Assembly (NCBI GenBank): GCA_030603565.1
Contig: JAUVXM010000006.1
Span: 607 to 64,606 of the forward strand
Length of the DNA: 64,000 nt
DNA from: Candidatus Aminicenantes bacterium
GTDB taxonomy: Bacteria; Acidobacteriota; Aminicenantia; Aminicenantales; Aminicenantaceae
Direction: 5' to 3'
A program made the position numbers and the translations under genes. This document shows, one piece after another, positions 40,992-50,613 of this stretch. The notes beneath the pieces are model-generated. The model made no database searches and was not told where the DNA came from. It saw only the letters and a list, made by a program, of their open reading frames with translations. How positions within the stretch are numbered: the stretch's first letter is position 1; each line of letters starts with the position of its first letter.

Positions 40992-42377
40992 CTATTTTTT
41001 ATCTAAGGGCTTAATTGTGACTATCACGTAAGCTTTTTGGCTTAGATATCTTCCAGCTGTTTCTCTTAGATCGGAAGAACTGACTTTTTCTAAATTCTCA
41101 AGGTAAACTCCCCGGTCAGGGATTTCATTCATGAGCATAAACCTGGCCATAGAAGTTGCCAAATTGAGCCCTTTCTCTTGAGCACGCTCACCATTGAATC
41201 TGATGCGGTTTTTAGCGCTTCCCTCATAATCGGTTGCATAAAATTGCATATCAGTGAAAACGTCATCCGGGGAAAAATTCAAATTTCGAGCTTGTTTAAG
41301 GTACTTGATTATCTCCTTTTTAGCTCGGTTTAATTGTTGGGGCTTAAGTGCCAGGTAAATAAATATCGAACCTCCATATTTGTGGGCACTGTATCCCATA
41401 CGCATAGAATTGACAAAAATGCGTTTTTTTATCAGGGGATTGTAAAGCATAGGGTTGATTCCCCGACCCAAAATCTCGGTCAGAATATCCATGGCATAAT
41501 GATCTTTACTGTTGTAATCGGGACCTGAGACTCCTATGGCCAGGTATCCGATATTGATGTCCATTTCTGTGTTAATCTCAACTGTTTTTTTTAGAGTGAT
41601 AATTTTATCAAACTTAGGAGGGGAAAAATTTGTGCTTTGAAGACTGCCGAAAATATTATTAATTTTATCTTCCACATCTGCTAAGGATATATCTCCCACA
41701 ACAACAAGCGCACAGTTTTCAGGAACAAAAAAATTACGGTAAAATCCTTCCAGGACTTCGGTGGTTGCGGCTTCGATTATATCTTTTTTCCCATAGATCG
41801 GTAGATTATATGGATGATCTTTAAAAAGATTTTGGAATATTAGAGTAGAGGCAAGTTTAAAGGGATCATCCTGAATCTGGCTAATTTCTTCCAGAATAAC
41901 CTGTTTTTCTTTATCCAGGGCATTCTGGTCGAATTTTAGGTCAAAAAGGATTTCTTTCTGGTTGCGAAGGGCAAAATCAATATGTTCTGCGGGCAGGGTC
42001 ATTTCAAAGATAGAAAGGTCCCGGCCGGTATGGGCATTATAATATGCTCCATGACGCCTGACGTCCCGGCTGATTTCTTCACCTTTCCGGAATTTTGTTC
42101 CTCGGAATAAAATGTAATGTTCTAAAATATGAACAATGCCGTTTGTTTCAGCGGTTTCATCTTTAGAGCCTACATTAAAGGCAAGTACACAATTTACAAG
42201 CGGAATATTGGATTTCTTGTATAAAAAGACTTTTAGTCCATTATCAAGCGTAAATGATCTGCTTTTGTCAATTTTTTCCTGGTAAGCAGATAAATTGAGG
42301 AAAAGGCAGCTGACTAGGAAAACGACAAGAAAAAACGACAATCCTTTCATATGAAAGTCGTTGGATTGCTTCTTCAC
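40992..42377 (-). CDS. M16-family zinc peptidase (pitrilysin-like), catalytic subunit
   Basis: 461 aa. The inverted zincin motif HILEH and a downstream E are present. Confidence 0.8.
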   Translation of the reverse strand: MKKQSNDFHMKGLSFFLVVFLVSCLFLNLSAYQEKIDKSRSFTLDNGLKVFLYKKSNIPLVNCVLAFNVGSKDETAETNGIVHILEHYILFRGTKFRKGEEISRDVRRHGAYYNAHTGRDLSIFEMTLPAEHIDFALRNQKEILFDLKFDQNALDKEKQVILEEISQIQDDPFKLASTLIFQNLFKDHPYNLPIYGKKDIIEAATTEVLEGFYRNFFVPENCALVVVGDISLADVEDKINNIFGSLQSTNFSPPKFDKIITLKKTVEINTEMDINIGYLAIGVSGPDYNSKDHYAMDILTEILGRGINPMLYNPLIKKRIFVNSMRMGYSAHKYGGSIFIYLALKPQQLNRAKKEIIKYLKQARNLNFSPDDVFTDMQFYATDYEGSAKNRIRFNGERAQEKGLNLATSMARFMLMNEIPDRGVYLENLEKVSSSDLRETAGRYLSQKAYVIVTIKPLDKK

Positions 42378-42392
42378 TTAATTACTCGCAAG

Positions 42393-42444
42393 TATAAAAA
42401 AATGTCGATATTTATGATACTTAGAAAATTTAGAATAGTAAAGC
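42393..42444 (-). promoter_or_regulatory. Conserved intergenic motif (family C), extended version, site b, upstream of the M16 peptidase operon
   Basis: The minus strand reads CTTTACTATTCTAAATTTTCTAAGTATCATAAATATCGACATTTTTTTATAC. About 85% identical over 50 nt to 63564-63615. Confidence 0.4.
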
Positions 42445-42534
42445 GAGCCTGGATCCAGTCCATTTGAAAATTACTGTTTGAACTTTTTTCGTGGCTGTAA
42501 TATTATTGAAACGCCAAATTAAGGAAATTATGCT

Positions 42535-43992
42535 ATGAGTGATAAGCGAAATGTTAAAATCCTAGTTGTGGATGATAAAGAAAACATCCGCAAATCTCTA
42601 AAAATGATCCTCGAATACGAAGGCAACACATTTCTTGAGGCTGCTGATGGAGAAGAAGCCCTTGAAATAATAGATGAGACAGTAGGTTTGGATTTGATTC
42701 TTCTGGATATTCAGCTTCCAGGGATGGATGGCCTGGAAGTGCTATCAGAGTTGAAAAAAAAGCCTTATTCACCGGAAGTAATCATGATCTCCGGACATGG
42801 AACGGTCCAAACTGCAGTAGAGGCAACTAAATTAGGCGCTTTTGACTTTATTGAAAAGCCTCTCCACCGGGAAAGAGTATTACTGAGTATCCAACATGCC
42901 TTAAATCAGAAACGATTAGAACGCGAATGTAAGGACTTACGTAAAAAAGCAGAAAAAAAATATCATCTTATAGGTAACCACCCTTTGATGAAAAAGCTCT
43001 GGGAGCAGATATTAAAGACAGCTCCTACTAATGCTACGATATTTATTTTTGGAGAAAGCGGTACTGGAAAAGAGCTGATCGCCAGGGCCATACATGAAAA
43101 CAGCTCCCGGAAAAATGAAGCATTTATTCAAGTAAATTGTGCTGCTATTCCGGAAGAGCTTATTGAAAGCGAGCTTTTCGGACATATTAGAGGGGCCTTC
43201 ACTGGAGCAACGGAAAAGAAAAAAGGGAAGTTCGAACTAGCAGATGGCGGTAGCATATTTCTCGATGAGATCGGTGATATGAGTTTAAAGACTCAGGCCA
43301 AAGTTTTGCGAGTTCTAGAAGAAGGAGAAGTGCAGAAGGTAGGGTCAAGCAAAACAGGAAAAGTAGATGTAAGAGTAATAGCGGCAACTAATAAGAATTT
43401 GAAAACAGAAATTAAGGAAGGGAATTTTCGTGAGGATCTATATTTCCGCCTGAATGTTGTGCCTTTGAATTCCCCTCCGCTGAGAGAAAAAAAAGAAGAC
43501 ATCCCTATTCTGATCGATTATTTCAATAAGAATTTTGTGAAGGAAAATAATTTTAGAGAAAAAAAATTCTCTGAAGATATAATTGAAGCTATGGTAAAAT
43601 ATCCCTGGAAAGGAAATGTGCGGGAGTTAAAAAATATTGTTGAGAGGATTATTATTATGACTGATTCTGATACAATAGCAAAAAAAGACCTTCCCAAGCA
43701 GATCAAAGGAGAAGCTAACGTATATTTTCCTGAGGCTGACAAGGTGAAAAGCCTGAAGGTATTCCGAGATTTGGCGGAGAAAGAGTTTATTTTAGCCAAG
43801 CTGGAGGAATGTGACTGGAATATATCCCAGACAGCAAGAGAGATCGAAACTCCCCGCAGTAATCTTTATAAAAAATTAGAACAATTTGGCATAAAAATAA
43901 AGGCTGGAGCGGGCAAGGTGGTTGCTCCTTCTTCTCGTAATAAGAATGGAGGGGAGGAAAGTCCGGACTCTATAGGGCAGGATGGTCGCTAA
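42535..43992 (+). CDS. Sigma-54-dependent response regulator (NtrC family)
   Basis: 485 aa. REC domain (phospho-acceptor D), AAA+ sigma54-activator domain ([14 protein letters not shown]) and a C-terminal Fis-type HTH. The last ~30 codons overlap rnpB. Confidence 0.85.
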   Translation: MSDKRNVKILVVDDKENIRKSLKMILEYEGNTFLEAADGEEALEIIDETVGLDLILLDIQLPGMDGLEVLSELKKKPYSPEVIMISGHGTVQTAVEATKLGAFDFIEKPLHRERVLLSIQHALNQKRLERECKDLRKKAEKKYHLIGNHPLMKKLWEQILKTAPTNATIFIFGESGTGKELIARAIHENSSRKNEAFIQVNCAAIPEELIESELFGHIRGAFTGATEKKKGKFELADGGSIFLDEIGDMSLKTQAKVLRVLEEGEVQKVGSSKTGKVDVRVIAATNKNLKTEIKEGNFREDLYFRLNVVPLNSPPLREKKEDIPILIDYFNKNFVKENNFREKKFSEDIIEAMVKYPWKGNVRELKNIVERIIIMTDSDTIAKKDLPKQIKGEANVYFPEADKVKSLKVFRDLAEKEFILAKLEECDWNISQTAREIETPRSNLYKKLEQFGIKIKAGAGKVVAPSSRNKNGGEESPDSIGQDGR

Positions 43993-44287
43993 CAGCGACT
44001 CCGGGCGACCGGAGGAAAGTGCCACAGAAAACACACCGCCCTGTGCGGACTGCGTTTAAGCTGCCGCGCGGAGTAAGGGTGAAATGGTGAGGTAAGAGCT
44101 CACCGCCTTGATGGTGACATCAGGGGCAGGGTAAACCCCATCCAGAGCAAGACCAAATCGGACCCTGTTGAGGCTGCTCGTCTCGGGGCGGGTAGGTCGC
44201 TAAACCTCTTGAGAAATCAAGGGGTCAGATAAATAACCACCCCTGCTTTTATAAGGAACAGAATCCGGCTTACGTCCCACTCCAGCC
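43902..44287 (+). ncRNA. rnpB: RNase P RNA, bacterial type A
   Basis: Block matches to E. coli M1 RNA include GGAGGAAAGTCCGG.CTC.ATAGGGCAG, GTAAGGGTGAAA.GGTG.GGTAAGAGC.CACC, GGTAAAC.CCA.CC.GAGCAAG.CCAAAT.GG and ACAGAA.CCGGCTTA. P1 pairing GGCTGGAGCGGG / CCCACTCCAGCC. Length about 386 nt. Confidence 0.9.
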
Positions 44288-44295
44288 AAAAAAAT

Positions 44296-44349
44296 GGGGA
44301 CAGGGTACTTTTTTTACTTCGGAAAAAAGTACCCTGTCCCCATTTTTTT
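44296..44349. terminator. Bidirectional rho-independent terminator (rnpB on plus, nuoN on minus)
   Basis: GGGGACAGGGTACTTTTTTtacttcgGAAAAAAGTACCCTGTCCCC, flanked by an A-run at 5' and a T-run at 3'. Confidence 0.8.
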
Positions 44350-45781
44350 AAAAAGCCAGTGGTGCAACTGCTTGTTTGATGTAAAGCAGGATGTTTCCTG
44401 GAAAAATTCCCAACATAAGAACTCCATAAAGGCAGAGGAAAAGAACCAGGAATAAAGCCGGATTATAGGAGAATATCACTACATTTCGAGTAGGTTCGCG
44501 CATGTACATATAAATGACAATACGCAAATAGTAGAAAACTGAAATAAGGCTTGCCAGGACTCCGATAATCACTAAGGGAACCAGCCCCTTATGAACTGCA
44601 GAGGAAAAGATGTAAAATTTTGCCAGAAAGCCTCCAGTGGGAGGAAACCCGGCCAAGGAGAAAAGAAATACTGTAAAAGTGGCTCCTATCCAGGGGTAGC
44701 GGAATCCGATCCCAGAATAATCTTCCAATTCAAGGAATTCTTTGCCTTTTCGGCTCAAAGCAATCACTGCAGAAAAGGCACCGATATTCATAAACAGGTA
44801 TACAGTTAGATAGAATAACAAGCCTGAATTGTCACCAGCTAGGATTGCGACCAGGATATATCCTGCATGGGCGATGCTGGAATATGCCAGGATCCTTTTA
44901 ACATTTTTCTGTCTGAGAGCGACAAGGTTTCCGACTACCATAGTTAGGACGGATAATATCCAGAGGATATGAAAGAAAATTTCTGAATTAACGGCTTCCT
45001 TCCAGAAAGGAAAGAAAATACGCATCAGGACAGCAAAGCCGGCAGCCTTAGGTCCTACAGAGAAGAAGGCGGTAACTGGAGTAGGAGAGCCCTGATATAC
45101 ATCAGGGGTCCACATATGAAAGGGAACAACAGCGATTTTAAATCCGAATCCGATTATAATAAAAGCCATCCCGGTAAGTGCCATAAGGCTAAAGTTGGTC
45201 TCTACGTGGAAGAAATTCATAATAGTGCTGATATCTGTAGAAAAAACAGCGCCGTAAAGGAGAGCGATCCCAAAAACCAGGAAGGCGGATGCGAAGCTGC
45301 CGAGCAAAAAGTATTTTATCGCTGCTTCTGATGATCTTTCATCATCTCTTTTTAACCCGGCTAAAGCATAACTTGCCATAGATAATACTTCCAGGCCGAG
45401 AAAAATCACGAGGAAATCACGGGAAGAAACCATTATCATCATCCCGGAAAGGGCAAATAGGAGCAAGCCGTAGTATTCCCCGTGGTCGGTGTGCTGGAGG
45501 GAAAGATATTTAAGTGATATAAGCGTTATGAAAATAACAGTAAGGATCATAATCAGAAAAAAGAATAGAGCAAATTTATCCAACAGAAGAGTCCCCTCAA
45601 AATAGGAAAAACCCTTGTTCCAGAATTTTATGCATTCCGCCCCACTTGCCAAGAGGAAGAGGACGGCAATGAAACCTAAGTAGTCTTTTTTTTCTTTTTT
45701 TAGAAAAACTTCAAGCAGAATAATAAGTAGAGCACCGGTTACTATGGTTAAGATCGGATACAAAGCTGTATAAGTATTCAT
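44348..45781 (-). CDS. nuoN: NADH-quinone oxidoreductase subunit N
   Basis: 477 aa, 14 TM. Antiporter-like subunit and last gene of the nuoJKLMN run. Confidence 0.85.
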   Translation of the reverse strand: MNTYTALYPILTIVTGALLIILLEVFLKKEKKDYLGFIAVLFLLASGAECIKFWNKGFSYFEGTLLLDKFALFFFLIMILTVIFITLISLKYLSLQHTDHGEYYGLLLFALSGMMIMVSSRDFLVIFLGLEVLSMASYALAGLKRDDERSSEAAIKYFLLGSFASAFLVFGIALLYGAVFSTDISTIMNFFHVETNFSLMALTGMAFIIIGFGFKIAVVPFHMWTPDVYQGSPTPVTAFFSVGPKAAGFAVLMRIFFPFWKEAVNSEIFFHILWILSVLTMVVGNLVALRQKNVKRILAYSSIAHAGYILVAILAGDNSGLLFYLTVYLFMNIGAFSAVIALSRKGKEFLELEDYSGIGFRYPWIGATFTVFLFSLAGFPPTGGFLAKFYIFSSAVHKGLVPLVIIGVLASLISVFYYLRIVIYMYMREPTRNVVIFSYNPALFLVLFLCLYGVLMLGIFPGNILLYIKQAVAPLAF

Positions 45782-47364
45782 TTGAGTAAAATATTAGTTT
45801 CTTCTTTTGATTCTTCGGTTTTATCTTTCTTGATTTTGATTATTAGTTCTTTTTCTTCTTTTTGTACGGATGCGGACACAGATGTTCTGCTTTTTATTTG
45901 ATGGAGAAGGTGGGTGACCGAAGCGTCCATCTTTCTTAGAAAAGGCCGAGGAAAGATTCCCATCCAGAACATCATAATGATAATAGGTATGAGAAATCCG
46001 AGCTCTCTTTTATTAAGATCTGGGAATGATTTGATTTTGTCATTGGTGATGGGACCTTGCATAACCCGTTGGTACATCCATAAAAGATATGCAGCCCCCA
46101 GAATAATGGTCAACACTCCCAGGGCAGCCAATGTATGGCTGGATTTGAAAATACCGAAAAGGCAAAGCACTTCACCTACAAAACCATTTAGGCCGGGCAG
46201 TCCTACTGAAGACAGCATACAGACAAGGAAAAATGCGGAAAAAACAGGCATCTGTTTGCTTACTCCCCCATAATCCTTAATAAGGCGTGTATGGGACCGT
46301 TCGTAAAGAATACCTACGCAGAGAAAGAGAGCGCCTGTACTTAAGCCGTGATTGAGCATCTGATAGATAGCCCCTTCCATAGCTTCAAAGTTTAGAGAAA
46401 AGACAGCCAGCATGATGAGACCCATATGGCTGACACTGGAGTAGGCTACCAAAGATTTTATATCTTTTTGTACGAGGGCCATAAGGGCACCGTATATGAT
46501 GCCTATAAGGCATAGGACTGCTAACAAAGGAAGGAACTTTTGGGCAGCATCTGGAAAAAGCGGCAGAGCAAAACGAAGGAAACCATAGGCCCCCATTTTA
46601 AGAAGGACTGCAGCCAGGATCACAGACCCGGCTGTAGGGGCTTGTACGTGAGCGTCGGGAAGCCAGGTGTGAAAGGGAAACAGGGGAACTTTAATAGCAA
46701 ATGCCAGAGCAAAGGCCAGAAAAAGCCAAATCTGAACACCTGGATCTAAGATAAGTTTCTGGAAATCAAATATATTAAGTGAATAAACTCCGCTGGCTTT
46801 ATAATAGGTGGAATAGAGGAAGAATATGGCAACCAGCATTAGCAGGCTGCCGAACATGGTAAATAGGACAAACTTAACTGTAGCGTATATTTTACGTTTG
46901 CCTCCCCAGATGCCGATAAGGAAATACATAGGGATAAGCATAGCCTCCCAGAATACATAAAAAAGAAATAGATTAAGAGACAAAAAGACCCCGATTATTC
47001 CGGTCTCAAGTATGAGCATGAAAATAAGGTACTCTTTTATTTTATCCTGAATAGAAGTCCAAGAGGATATAATGGCTATGGGAAAGAGGAAAACTGTAAG
47101 GATCACAAGCAGGAGGCTGATACCGTCGATTCCTACATGATAATTTATGCCGTAACCTATCCACTCAGCGGTTTCCACAAATTGAGGGTCTGCTGTGCTG
47201 CCGTCGAAATTAAAATACAGGGGGAGGGCAACTAGGAAGGTTAAGACAGTTACGGTAACAGCCAGATATTTCAGCAGATTTATTTTCTCTCTGGGGATAA
47301 AAATAAAAAGAATAGCTCCTGTAAGCGGTAAAAAGATCAAGATGCTGAGTATCGGTATGTTCAT
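45778..47364 (-). CDS. nuoM: NADH-quinone oxidoreductase subunit M
   Basis: 528 aa antiporter-like subunit with a 4-nt overlap. Confidence 0.85.
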   Translation of the reverse strand: MNIPILSILIFLPLTGAILFIFIPREKINLLKYLAVTVTVLTFLVALPLYFNFDGSTADPQFVETAEWIGYGINYHVGIDGISLLLVILTVFLFPIAIISSWTSIQDKIKEYLIFMLILETGIIGVFLSLNLFLFYVFWEAMLIPMYFLIGIWGGKRKIYATVKFVLFTMFGSLLMLVAIFFLYSTYYKASGVYSLNIFDFQKLILDPGVQIWLFLAFALAFAIKVPLFPFHTWLPDAHVQAPTAGSVILAAVLLKMGAYGFLRFALPLFPDAAQKFLPLLAVLCLIGIIYGALMALVQKDIKSLVAYSSVSHMGLIMLAVFSLNFEAMEGAIYQMLNHGLSTGALFLCVGILYERSHTRLIKDYGGVSKQMPVFSAFFLVCMLSSVGLPGLNGFVGEVLCLFGIFKSSHTLAALGVLTIILGAAYLLWMYQRVMQGPITNDKIKSFPDLNKRELGFLIPIIIMMFWMGIFPRPFLRKMDASVTHLLHQIKSRTSVSASVQKEEKELIIKIKKDKTEESKEETNILLK

Positions 47365-47365
47365 T

Positions 47366-49273
47366 TTAAAAAATTAAGTATCCTATTAAGATTATTGCTC
47401 CCAGAAGGAAGACAAGAGCATAGTCCTTGATCAGACCGGTATGGAGGCGGCTTAATATCAGGCCGAAAAAGCCGGTTGCGGAAGCACTGCCGTTTACAGC
47501 TCCGTCAATAATTTTCAAATCAAAATTTTTATATACAAATTTAGAACCTTTTATAGTCGGATTTACAAAAGTCGCGTTATAGATCTCATCTACATAATAT
47601 TTGTTATAAAGGAGTTTATAGAGAAAGGGGAACCTAGACACAAGTTTCTTCGGGATCTCAGGTTTTTTAAGATAAAAAACATATGCCAGATAAATTCCAG
47701 TTAAGGCTACTAAAACAGAAACAAGGATAAGCAGCCATTCTGTGCCGATACTTAAGTGTGCTTCATGTCCGGGTCCGCCGTGTATGATGGGTGCCAGGAA
47801 ACTGTTAAACCAGTTAATGTTTTTACCCAGCACTACAGGCATCCCGATATATCCGGCGACAACAGAAAAGAAAGCCAGGATCACAAGAGGTATAGTCATG
47901 GATTTGGGAGATTCATGCAGATGTGCCTTGGTTTCAGGTTCAAGCCGCTCTTTGCCGTAGAAGGTGAGAAATATCAGGCGGAACATGTAGAAAGCGGTTA
48001 GGATAGCTCCCAGAATGCCAAGCAGCCAGATTCCGTATTGTCCCCGGGCATAAGCACTGGTTAGAATTGCATCCTTTGAGAAAAATCCTGATAAAAAAGG
48101 TACTCCTGCTATAGCTATTGCGCCTATAAGAAATACCGGATAGGTGATAGGTAAGTATTTTCTCAACCCTCCCATCTTCCTCATATCAAGTTCACCGGAA
48201 AGAGCATGTATAACACTGCCGGCCGCAAGAAATAGCAGGCTTTTGAAAAATGCGTGGGTGTACAGGTGGAATATACCGGCTGCATATGCACCTACCCCGC
48301 AGCCTATAAACATATATCCTATTTGCGAGATAGTCGAATAAGCTAGAACGCGTTTTATGTCATTCTGAACCAGCGCCATTGTAGCTGCATATATGGCAGT
48401 TACTGCTCCGATGATAGCCACTACATTAGCTCCGGTCCCGGACAGGGTATAAAGAGCATTCATACGGGCGACCATATACACTCCGGCTGTTACCATAGTA
48501 GCCGCATGGATAAGAGCGCTGACCGGGGTTGGGCCTTCCATAGCATCTGGTAGCCAAACATAAAGGGGGATCTGAGCTGATTTTCCAGTTGCTCCCGCAA
48601 ACAGAAGGAGCGCTATCAGGGTAGCAATTCCCTGAGTTATGCTTCCCCCTGCTATGGCTTCATTAATAGCAGAAAATTCTCCGCTGCCTACATGGATAAA
48701 TATAAAGAAAATGCCCAGGAGAAATCCGGCATCTCCGATGCGGTTTACAATAAATGCTTTTTTGCCGGCATTAGCTGCTGAGTGTTTTTCATACCAGAAA
48801 CCGATAAGTATGTAGGAACAGAAACCTACTCCTTCCCAACCTACAAACATCAATACCAGATTAGAAGCCATGACCAGGATCAGCATAGAGAAAGTAAAAA
48901 GGTTCATAAGCGTGAAAAAACGGGCATAGCTTTTATCCTCAGCCATATATCCGATTGAGTAGATATGAATAAGAAGTCCCACTCCTGTTACTACGAAACA
49001 CATTACAGCTGTTAAAGGGTCGAATTGGAAAGAAAGGTCGGCTTTAAAACTGCCGGACTGGATCCAGGAAAAAAGATTTTTAACCAGGGGGGAGCTGCCC
49101 TGGGGCATTTGCATAAGGCCCACAAATGAGATAATGGTTATAGCAAAAGAAATAAATACAGCAAAACAAGCTTGAAAAGAAATATATTTACGAGGCAGTT
49201 TGGAGCCAAAAATAACAAGAATAAAGCTGCTTATCGCGGGAATAAACGGTATAAGCCAGAATATTTCTGTCAT
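47366..49273 (-). CDS. nuoL: NADH-quinone oxidoreductase subunit L
   Basis: 635 aa antiporter-like subunit with a long C-terminal region. Confidence 0.85.
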   Translation of the reverse strand: MTEIFWLIPFIPAISSFILVIFGSKLPRKYISFQACFAVFISFAITIISFVGLMQMPQGSSPLVKNLFSWIQSGSFKADLSFQFDPLTAVMCFVVTGVGLLIHIYSIGYMAEDKSYARFFTLMNLFTFSMLILVMASNLVLMFVGWEGVGFCSYILIGFWYEKHSAANAGKKAFIVNRIGDAGFLLGIFFIFIHVGSGEFSAINEAIAGGSITQGIATLIALLLFAGATGKSAQIPLYVWLPDAMEGPTPVSALIHAATMVTAGVYMVARMNALYTLSGTGANVVAIIGAVTAIYAATMALVQNDIKRVLAYSTISQIGYMFIGCGVGAYAAGIFHLYTHAFFKSLLFLAAGSVIHALSGELDMRKMGGLRKYLPITYPVFLIGAIAIAGVPFLSGFFSKDAILTSAYARGQYGIWLLGILGAILTAFYMFRLIFLTFYGKERLEPETKAHLHESPKSMTIPLVILAFFSVVAGYIGMPVVLGKNINWFNSFLAPIIHGGPGHEAHLSIGTEWLLILVSVLVALTGIYLAYVFYLKKPEIPKKLVSRFPFLYKLLYNKYYVDEIYNATFVNPTIKGSKFVYKNFDLKIIDGAVNGSASATGFFGLILSRLHTGLIKDYALVFLLGAIILIGYLIF

Positions 49274-49274
49274 T

Positions 49275-49577
49275 TTATCCCTTCATACTCTTTATGTCTT
49301 CAGTTTTGATAGATTTTTTTTGGCGGTAGATCAATAATATAATGGCAAGGCCTATTGCAACCTCTGCGGCTGCAACAGTTATGACAAAAAAGACGATTAT
49401 CTGTCCGTCCAATGCAGAAGCTGATTTGGAAAAAGTGATAAAAGCGAGATTAGCAGCATTAAGCATTATTTCCACAGACAGAAATTGAGTTATGAGATCT
49501 TTTTTTACAAAGAAGGCGATAATTCCCAGCACAAAGAGTATTAAACTAAGGATTATAAAATAGCTCAAAGGAATCAT
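49275..49577 (-). CDS. nuoK: NADH-quinone oxidoreductase subunit K
   Basis: 100 aa, 3 TM. Confidence 0.85.
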   Translation of the reverse strand: MIPLSYFIILSLILFVLGIIAFFVKKDLITQFLSVEIMLNAANLAFITFSKSASALDGQIIVFFVITVAAAEVAIGLAIILLIYRQKKSIKTEDIKSMKG

Positions 49578-50071
49578 TCTTTTTCCTTCTTTTTTACTAA
49601 AATAATCGCTCCAACAAGAGCAGTTATGATCAAGATCGAGGTGATCTCAAACGGGTATAAGTATTTTGTAAATAAAAGATATCCTAAGTCAGAGGGATTG
49701 CCGATTGCTTGGCTTGAGGAAGTGTTTAAGGGATTGAAAGCCATTTTTAAAGCTACGATTAGCTCGATAAATAGAATAACTGCAATCCCGGAAGCAAAAC
49801 CCGATGTCCATTTTTTCTTCTCAGGAGTGATACCTTTACGGACATCGACCATCATAATAACAAATATAAAAAGTACCATGATCGCACCTGCATAAATGAT
49901 GATCTGGATCACTGCGATAAAAGGAGCGTCAAGAAGGGCAAAAAAACCACCTGTGCAAGTAAAAGCGAGGATTACAAAGAGAGCACTGTATGCTTGGTTT
50001 TTAGAAATTATCATACCCAAGACTGAAGCTATACAGACAACAGAGAGTAAAAAAAATAGAAAATAAGCCAT
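49574..50071 (-). CDS. nuoJ: NADH-quinone oxidoreductase subunit J
   Basis: 165 aa, 5 TM. A TTGACA-N18-TATAAT promoter on the minus strand lies about 40 nt upstream. Confidence 0.8.
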   Translation of the reverse strand: MAYFLFFLLSVVCIASVLGMIISKNQAYSALFVILAFTCTGGFFALLDAPFIAVIQIIIYAGAIMVLFIFVIMMVDVRKGITPEKKKWTSGFASGIAVILFIELIVALKMAFNPLNTSSSQAIGNPSDLGYLLFTKYLYPFEITSILIITALVGAIILVKKKEKE

Positions 50072-50165
50072 TTTTTTAGAGTTTTTTATTATATTTTTTG
50101 AAAGAATGTTATGTCAAGCAAATATTATAATAAAATTTATTTTTTCCTAGAATATGCGAGAGCCG

Positions 50166-50188
50166 GCATTTTTTATAAATAGTTCAGG
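50166..50188 (+). promoter_or_regulatory. Conserved intergenic motif (family C), site c, abutting the -35 of the tRNA-fMet promoter
   Basis: CATTTTTTATAAATAGTTCAGG, immediately 5' of TTGACA (50197-50202). Confidence 0.4.
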
Positions 50189-50196
50189 CAATATCA

Positions 50197-50224
50197 TTGA
50201 CAAAGGAAAAATGTTTGCTATAAT
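50197..50224 (+). promoter_or_regulatory. Sigma70-type promoter of tRNA-fMet
   Basis: TTGACA, 16-nt spacer, TATAAT. The tRNA 5' end is 14 nt downstream of the -10. Confidence 0.6.
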
Positions 50225-50237
50225 TAACTCTTACATT

Positions 50238-50313
<76 letters not shown>

Positions 50314-50613
50314 ATTTTCCCTATCTGTTACCCCGAAATAGTAATTTAGACACTTTTCCTGAAATTTGACTTTATAGAAATTTATAGCATAAAACAGCGT
50401 CAGACACGTCGCAAATCTTGACATTTTTTTAAAACCAATTGACCTATATTTTCTATCTCTTAAGTATTTTCATTGACAGTATATATTTTTTTTATGTATT
50501 ATTGTTGATACATTAGCTTAATGGGTGGAAGTTTGATGAAATTAAGTGAAGATTTTTATAAACAAAAAAACCAAATCCCTACCCATCAATTTTTTTAACT
50601 ATATATAAAATTT

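Noticed and set aside
42378-42534. TGGCTG-N..-TTATTG as a sigma54 promoter between the peptidase and regulator genes
   Set aside because: The -12 GC dinucleotide is missing and the spacing is wrong.
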